Below are positions 58,782 to 64,000 of a stretch of 64,000 bases of DNA, piece by piece. Position 1 is the stretch's first letter; each line of letters opens with the position of its first letter. Source of the stretch: Acidimicrobiaceae bacterium. GTDB taxonomy: Bacteria > Actinomycetota > Acidimicrobiia > Acidimicrobiales > RAAP-2. Under the pieces are notes generated by a model, which was not told where the DNA came from, searched no databases, and saw nothing but the letters and a program-made list of their open reading frames with translations. The DNA is taken from assembly GCA_003142095.1 (NCBI GenBank), contig PLON01000041.1:73228-137227 (forward strand). Direction: 5' to 3'. Made by a program: the position numbers and the translations under genes.

Positions 58782-59584
58782 GGAGCGAGAGCCAACGCAC
58801 GCGCCGCGCTGGTCCACCGGGGCCAGAGCGAGACCGCCCACGGGCCAAAGGGCTCCGTGCTCGTCGCAACGACGGCGATGGCCTCGTCGGCGTTCACCAA
58901 CAACAATGATCCACTCTGGCCAAAGTGCCCGAAACTGCGCGGAGGCCAGTCGCCCATCCAGTGCTCCTTGTCACCGCGAACTTCGGGCCCCATGCCCCAC
59001 GGACACGGCGTGAAACGCCCAAAGCCGGGCACGATGCCCGCGAGGTCGGGCAGGTACGGGTGAATGAGCCGGTCACGCGTCGCCGGCGCGACGAGGTCTG
59101 AGCGCATCCAGGCGAGCGCGAACGTTGCGAGGTCGTTCGTCGAACCGCTCACTCCGGCGGCCGGGCGGTCAACGAGCGTAGTCGTCGTCATCCCCAGCGG
59201 CAAAAAGACTCGGTCATTCAACCACTCCGCGGCCGGATTCTCGCCGACCAGTGCGGACACCGCGAGCTCCACGCCGTAGTTCGAGTAGATCCTCTTCGTG
59301 CCGATCGGCACGACGGGGTCGCTCTCTTCGAGGCCCAGTCCGCTCGAGTGCGACAGAAGATTGGCGTAGTTCGCGCCCTGCGGCCCGACCATCTCGGTGT
59401 AGCTGTGCAGATCCCAGTCCATCTCGACGCCGAAGGCCATGGCGACAGCCAATTTCGACACGGAGGCCCACGGGCGCACCGCATCGAGGTCGCCGTGTTC
59501 GGCTACGCGCTGCACGGTCCCGCCGTCCATACGCAACACGACGTAGGCCGGGGAACCGGGCCAGTCGTCGTCGAGAGTGCTCAC
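58778..59584 (-). CDS. Serine hydrolase, beta-lactamase/class C-like family
   Basis: WASVSK (SxxK), LLSHSSG, RIYSNYG (YxN), FGHFGQSG. Confidence 0.88.
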   Translation of the reverse strand: MSTLDDDWPGSPAYVVLRMDGGTVQRVAEHGDLDAVRPWASVSKLAVAMAFGVEMDWDLHSYTEMVGPQGANYANLLSHSSGLGLEESDPVVPIGTKRIYSNYGVELAVSALVGENPAAEWLNDRVFLPLGMTTTTLVDRPAAGVSGSTNDLATFALAWMRSDLVAPATRDRLIHPYLPDLAGIVPGFGRFTPCPWGMGPEVRGDKEHWMGDWPPRSFGHFGQSGSLLLVNADEAIAVVATSTEPFGPWAVSLWPRWTSAARALALAP

Positions 59585-59621
59585 TCCTCGATGTTATCCA
59601 CGCGCCTCTAAGGTTTCGGAG
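59585..59621. promoter_or_regulatory. Back-to-back leaderless-type promoters for the serine hydrolase operon and cofDE
   Basis: In a 37-bp gap, TAACAT (minus strand, 59591-96) lies 6 nt before GTG 59584 and TAAGGT (plus strand, 59609-14) lies 7 nt before GTG 59622. Confidence 0.55.
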
Positions 59622-60536
59622 GTGATCACGGTTCTCAGTGGAGGTGTCGGGGCGGCGCGACTACTGCGCGCATTGAGCGACGTCATGGATCCCAGCGAGC
59701 TCACGGCAATCGTCAACGTCGGCGACGACCTGGTCCTGCACGGGCTGACAATCTGTCCCGATCTGGACACCATCACGTACACGTTGGCCGGACTCAACAA
59801 CGACGAACTCGGCTGGGGGTTGCGCGGTGAGACGTGGCGCGTTATGGACGAACTAGACGCGCTCGGCGGTGCGGCCTGGTTTCGACTGGGCGACCGCGAC
59901 CTCGCGACGCACCTCTATCGAAGCCAGCGTCTCACCGAGGGTGCATCCAAGACCGACGTCACTCGCGAACTCGCTACGCACCACGGCGTCAAAGTAACCC
60001 TGTTACCCGTCAGCGACGACCCGATCGCCACGGAGTTTCTTACCGAGGACGGGCGACTGAGCTTTCAGGAGTACTTCGTTCAACGCCACCATGACGTGGT
60101 GGTGAGCGGTGTCGAGATCACCGGTGTCGAGAGCGCGAGAGCGACGAACGACGTCGAACGCGCCCTCGAGCAGTCCGCCCGACTGGTTATTGCGCCCTCG
60201 AACCCCGTCATCTCCATCAACCCAATTCTCCAGGTCAGAGGGGTTCGCGAGGCGCTGCGCGCTCGACGCGACGACGTCGTCGCCGTCTCTCCGATCATCC
60301 AAGGCGCGGCGCTGAAGGGACCCGCCGACCGGCTGATGCGAGAACTCGGCTACGAGTCGAGCGCTCTCGGTGTCGTCGATTTCTACGGTGATCTCGTTGG
60401 CACCTGGATCATCGACGAGGCTGACGCCGCCCTCGCTGACGCGATTCGCAGTCGCGGCGCACGCGTTGAAGTCACGACCACGATCATGGCCGAACCCGAG
60501 AACGCGCGTCGCCTCGCCAAAGTGGTTTTGTCGTGA
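59622..60536 (+). CDS. cofD: 2-phospho-L-lactate (or PEP) transferase for F420 synthesis
   Basis: LSGGVGAARLL, IVNVGDD...HGL.ICPDLDT, WFRLGDRDLATH, APSNP.ISI.PIL, VSPII.G.ALKGPA. GTG at 59622. Confidence 0.93.
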   Translation: MITVLSGGVGAARLLRALSDVMDPSELTAIVNVGDDLVLHGLTICPDLDTITYTLAGLNNDELGWGLRGETWRVMDELDALGGAAWFRLGDRDLATHLYRSQRLTEGASKTDVTRELATHHGVKVTLLPVSDDPIATEFLTEDGRLSFQEYFVQRHHDVVVSGVEITGVESARATNDVERALEQSARLVIAPSNPVISINPILQVRGVREALRARRDDVVAVSPIIQGAALKGPADRLMRELGYESSALGVVDFYGDLVGTWIIDEADAALADAIRSRGARVEVTTTIMAEPENARRLAKVVLS

Positions 60537-61243
60537 GCGAACTTCGCCTGACGGCACTCGCGAGTCCCGTCAACGTTCAGCGCGGAAACGATCTCGTGAC
60601 CATGTTGATCGACGCGCTCGAGACCGCGGGCGAAACGTTGCGTCGTCACGACCTCGTGATCGTGACGAGCAAGGTGGTCTCGAAGTCCGAGGGTCAGGTC
60701 GTCGCCTACGACGGCACCGACGAACACAAAGTCGCCATCGTCGAGGGCGAGTCAGTGCGCGTCCTTCGACGACGCGGCACACTGCGCATTACAGAAACGC
60801 GTCACGGATTCATCAACGCCAACGCCGGGGTCGATCTCTCCAACACTGAGGACGGCACGGCGGTGCTCTTACCAAAAGATCCCGATCGCTCGGCGCGGCG
60901 ACTACGCGCGGAGTTGGGCCGGCGCCTCGACGTGGATGTCGCCGTGATCATTACCGACACCTTCGGTCGCGTGTGGCGTCAAGGCGTCACGGACGTGGCG
61001 CTGGGATCTGCGGGCATCAAGCCACTGCTCGATCTGCGCGGCACGCTCGACGCCAACGGTCGACTACTCGAAGCAACGGAGGTCGCCATCGCCGACGAAA
61101 TTGCGGGCGCCGCCAATCTCGTTCTGCACAAAGCGGCCGCGACGCCCTTCGCGCTCGTGCGGGGACTCGACGAAACTTTCTTTGGACCCGGGTCGATCGG
61201 CGACAACATCGTGCGTTCGAAGAACGACGACCTGTTTCGTTGA
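60533..61243 (+). CDS. cofE: Coenzyme F420-0:L-glutamate ligase (single-domain)
   Basis: VTSKVVSKSEG, ANAGVDLSN, LLPKDPD.SA, IITDTFGRVWRQG.TDVALG, AIADEIAGAANL. Confidence 0.92.
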   Translation: MSELRLTALASPVNVQRGNDLVTMLIDALETAGETLRRHDLVIVTSKVVSKSEGQVVAYDGTDEHKVAIVEGESVRVLRRRGTLRITETRHGFINANAGVDLSNTEDGTAVLLPKDPDRSARRLRAELGRRLDVDVAVIITDTFGRVWRQGVTDVALGSAGIKPLLDLRGTLDANGRLLEATEVAIADEIAGAANLVLHKAAATPFALVRGLDETFFGPGSIGDNIVRSKNDDLFR

Positions 61244-61244
61244 C

Positions 61245-62270
61245 CTAGACGCCACCGAGTCGGACATCGCCAAAGAGGCGAGAGTCCGGCGCCACGTGCT
61301 CTTTCGCTCCGACGACGCAAGTCGGACCAAGTTGCGAGCCCGTCCCGATGACTGCTCCGGGTCCGATGATGGAAGAACGAATCTCGCAACCATTCTGGAC
61401 GATGGCTCCCGGCAACAGAACGGAGTCCTCGAGCACGACACCGGCGCCGACCACGCAGCCGGCATCGACGACCGCATTCATCAGAATCACTGACGGGTCG
61501 ACGGTGGCCGAACTGGAACGCCACGATCCGTCCTCGACGCCTGCGAAGTCGTGTTGAGCGTTGCGCCCCTTCAACATGTCAATGTTGGCTTGCAGGTAGA
61601 GCTGGGGCGTTCCCGTATCGAGCCAATAGGCGTGATCGGCCATGGCGAAGAGCGTGTGGGCGGCCGCCAGAGCGGGAAAAGTGTCGCGTTCGACACTGAC
61701 ACGCCCGGTCGCGACAATACGGTCAAGCACGCGCGGCTCGAACACGTACGTGCCGGCATTGATGAGATTCGTCGGCGCCTCGCCGGGCGGCGGCTTCTCC
61801 ACGAAAGCAATAACTCGGCCGTCGTCGGCGGTCGGTACGACGCCAAAGTGTGACGGTTCTTCGACGGGGTGCAACGCAATCGTCGCTTCGGCGTTGTGCT
61901 CTGCATGAAATGAGAGGAGCTTGGTAACGTCCAGGTCGGTCACGACGTCGCCGTTCACGACCAAAAACGTTTCGTCGACGCGGGCGAAGGTAGCCGCGAA
62001 GCGAATGGCGCCCGCAGTATCAAGCGGTTCGGGCTCAACGGCGTAGGCGACGCGCACGCCCTTGATGAGGTTCGACGGGTACGCCTCGGTGAATCGGTCG
62101 GGCAAGTACCCGAGCGACAGTACGGCGTCCGTCACTCCGTGACGCGCGAGGGATTCGAGGACGCACTCGATCATCGGCACGCCGACGAGCGGCAACATCT
62201 GCTTGGGAGTCTCGTAGGTGAGCGGACGAAGTCTCGTGCCTTTGCCGCCGACGAGAATGATCGCCTGCAA
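61245..62270 (-). CDS. Sugar-1-phosphate nucleotidyltransferase (mannose-1-phosphate guanylyltransferase-like) with C-terminal hexapeptide repeats
   Basis: ILVGGKGTRLRPLT..PKQMLP, EPEPLDTAGAI, VNGD, FVEKP, INAGTY, WLDTGTP, left-handed beta-helix tail. Confidence 0.9.
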   Translation of the reverse strand: MQAIILVGGKGTRLRPLTYETPKQMLPLVGVPMIECVLESLARHGVTDAVLSLGYLPDRFTEAYPSNLIKGVRVAYAVEPEPLDTAGAIRFAATFARVDETFLVVNGDVVTDLDVTKLLSFHAEHNAEATIALHPVEEPSHFGVVPTADDGRVIAFVEKPPPGEAPTNLINAGTYVFEPRVLDRIVATGRVSVERDTFPALAAAHTLFAMADHAYWLDTGTPQLYLQANIDMLKGRNAQHDFAGVEDGSWRSSSATVDPSVILMNAVVDAGCVVGAGVVLEDSVLLPGAIVQNGCEIRSSIIGPGAVIGTGSQLGPTCVVGAKEHVAPDSRLFGDVRLGGV

Positions 62271-62272
62271 TC

Positions 62273-63064
62273 TCAGCCCTTGGTGGTGGTCGTCGTCGGC
62301 GTACTCGTCGTGGTCGTGGGGCCTGTCGGGGCGGTCGTCGTGGTTGTCGGCGCCGTCGTCGTGGTCGTCGGCGTGGTCGCGTCGAGCACCATCTCATTCT
62401 CTGAGGTCTGTGACGGTGGCCTGGGGGTCACGCCGGTCGGTTCGAAGGCCAGCGTCAGGCGAAGGTCCTTCGTGAACTTGATCTTGGCGGGATTCGTCGT
62501 CAACGTGGGGGTCTTTTGCGCCAACGTGGCCCAGTAGGCGTAGACGACTTTGCCCTTCTTACCGGGGTACTTCGTGGTCGGGCCGCACGCGTCGCCGTTC
62601 TTAAAGGTCGTCTTGGGGTTAGCCAGACCCGCACCCTTGGGTACGGCCAGCTCTTTCGACGTCGCCGTCAGGCCGGAGTACTCAGTCGCGAAGGTCTTCA
62701 AGGTGGCGTTATTACCCGCGTCGGCGGCCGTCAGAGGGGTCAGGCGGACCACGTTGTCACTGCCCACGATGAAACCGCCGCCCTTATAGGTCGTATCGGC
62801 CAGCAAATTGGGCAGAGTCACGCCACAGTTCTGGATGGAAAGGGCGGCGTACTGGACCGAACCGATCACGGGCGAGACCACGGTTGTGTGGTGCTTCACT
62901 GGGTTTTGGTACTCGTAGCGCGAATAGGCGGTTAGCGCGAGACCGAGTATCACGATGACGGCAAGTGCACCATAAAAGTTGGAGGGACGGGTTTTTTGGT
63001 AGGTCTTTCCGCCACCTGCGGCGCCCACACGACTAACCCATTTACCTGAAGTGCTTTTCGCCAC
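62273..63064 (-). CDS. Hypothetical membrane-anchored exported protein with Thr-rich C-terminal tail
   Basis: Basic cytoplasmic N-terminus, one TM helix, extracellular domain with 2 Cys, and tail TTPTTTTTAPTTTTTAPTGPTTTTSTPTTTTTKG. Confidence 0.7.
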   Translation of the reverse strand: MAKSTSGKWVSRVGAAGGGKTYQKTRPSNFYGALAVIVILGLALTAYSRYEYQNPVKHHTTVVSPVIGSVQYAALSIQNCGVTLPNLLADTTYKGGGFIVGSDNVVRLTPLTAADAGNNATLKTFATEYSGLTATSKELAVPKGAGLANPKTTFKNGDACGPTTKYPGKKGKVVYAYWATLAQKTPTLTTNPAKIKFTKDLRLTLAFEPTGVTPRPPSQTSENEMVLDATTPTTTTTAPTTTTTAPTGPTTTTSTPTTTTTKG

Positions 63065-63104
63065 CCTTCAACGCTACTAAAAATTGAGCACGGCCCACGC
63101 TGCG

Positions 63105-63178
63105 TAGGGGCGAAGGGACTCGAACCCTCACTGGAGGCGGTTTAAGCGCCCTGCCTCTGCCAATTGGGCTACGCCCCC
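63105..63178 (-). tRNA. tRNA-Leu, anticodon TAA, short variable loop, no encoded CCA
   Basis: Reverse complement GGGGGCG TA GCCC AATTGGCA GAGGC A GGGCG CTTAAAC CGCCT CCAGT GAGGG TTCGAGT CCCTT CGCCCCT A folds into a cloverleaf; anticodon loop CT-TAA-AC. Confidence 0.93.
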
Positions 63179-63270
63179 GCGCAGCACGGGTGCGTCGTAA
63201 CGCTAATGCAAAGTAACGATTTCATTTAAACAACGGGTTTTTCAGGGCAGCGTAACTAGGCTCGTTCTAT

Positions 63271-64000
63271 ATGTTGCGCGTGCGTCGTCGGAGCACGATT
63301 CGAATTATTTCTCTTCTCCTTGCGGCTGCACTGAGCGGGTCGTGGCTCGTCGTGCCGACTCCCGCGGGGGCACGTTCCATCGGCCAGACCCAAAAGGCCA
63401 TGGCGGACCTGTCGGCCGCCCTCTCACGTCAAGAAAAGCGTAGCGAGATCTCGGCCAACGAATACGACGCCGACGAGGCCAACCTGGCCTCGATCAACGA
63501 CAACATCAACACGCTCGACGCCAACATCACCAACCTCAAGGTTAAGGAGGCGAAGAAACGCACCCAGGTTGACGCCACAAAGAAAAAGGTGACCGTCGCG
63601 GTCGTGCGCGCCTTCGTGCTGGGAGTCTCGCAATCACAGATCATCTCGCTGTTCAACCAGAACGTTAACAAAAGCAACGCCGAGCGGATCTATCAGGACC
63701 AGGTCATCGGTAACCTCGACGCACTCGTGGCCAAACTTCAGCGAGAGAAATCCTCACTCGAGCACACCGTCGCCAAGGTCGCAGCGCAGCGCGCCCGCGT
63801 CGCCAGTCAACGCGTCAAGGCTCAGCAACAGACCTACGCGATGCAGTCGCTGCTCGCGGCCAACGTCGCGCTCGAGAATCAGACGCAGACCGAACTCGCC
63901 AATGTGACCTCCCAGTACCGAGTACAGATCATCAACTACGAGATCGCCCAGGGCGTCATCGCCGCAAAGGACTACAACACGGCCGGTGAGGAACAGGCCG
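63271..64000 (+). CDS. Secreted coiled-coil protein, N-terminal part (PcsB/CwlO-like peptidoglycan hydrolase architecture; truncated by the window end)
   Basis: Open frame from ATG 63271 to the window end: MLRVRRRSTIRIISLLLAAALSGSWLVVPTPAGA signal peptide, then long heptad-rich helix (LASINDNINTLDANITNLK...). The catalytic domain is not visible. Confidence 0.7.
   Translation, partial: MLRVRRRSTIRIISLLLAAALSGSWLVVPTPAGARSIGQTQKAMADLSAALSRQEKRSEISANEYDADEANLASINDNINTLDANITNLKVKEAKKRTQVDATKKKVTVAVVRAFVLGVSQSQIISLFNQNVNKSNAERIYQDQVIGNLDALVAKLQREKSSLEHTVAKVAAQRARVASQRVKAQQQTYAMQSLLAANVALENQTQTELANVTSQYRVQIINYEIAQGVIAAKDYNTAGEEQA

Noticed and set aside
63065-63270. tRNA-Leu as an island integration site
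   Set aside because: No integrase and no duplicated tRNA 3' end found in the window; the flanking genes look like core genes.

Overview
A GC-rich (roughly 60-65% by eye) bacterial chromosome segment, most likely from an actinobacterium of class Acidimicrobiia. That assignment is inferred from the F420 genes, the GT2-DUF5719-manB-Trm112 neighbourhood and a short-arm tRNA-Leu(UAA). There are about 55 intact CDS, one tRNA and four gene remnants. I saw no transposase, integrase, prophage, rRNA or CRISPR array. Main blocks: (1) 1-5.1 kb, a tightly coupled operon of ferredoxin-reductase-like oxidoreductase, FMN-binding exported protein, ApbE, UbiA-type phosphoribosyltransferase, DprE1 and DprE2, which joins extracytoplasmic flavinylation to polyprenyl-phospho-arabinose synthesis; (2) 5.1-10.8 kb, three exported phosphoesterases plus a YVTN beta-propeller; (3) 10.9-33 kb, mixed metabolism and transport (purU, two MarR/MFS pairs, poxB, F420-dependent LLM enzyme, an S1P-lyase-like/FGGY kinase pair, a KimA-like and another APC permease); (4) 33-44 kb, GT2 plus a YfhO-like protein, PPK2, acyl-CoA dehydrogenase, thiolase and a stand-alone archaeal-type riboflavin synthase; (5) 43-62 kb, a cell-envelope glycan locus (manB, GT-C-like protein, CPBP protease, ftsH, DUF5719, GT2-membrane fusion, GDP-sugar reductase, three GT4-fold proteins, cofD/cofE, nucleotidyltransferase); (6) tRNA-Leu and the start of a secreted coiled-coil protein. 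The most notable observations are the archaeal riboflavin synthase, the flavinylation/DPA operon with distant GT-C candidates, and the S1P-lyase/kinase pair. All family assignments come from motif recognition from memory; no database search was run.
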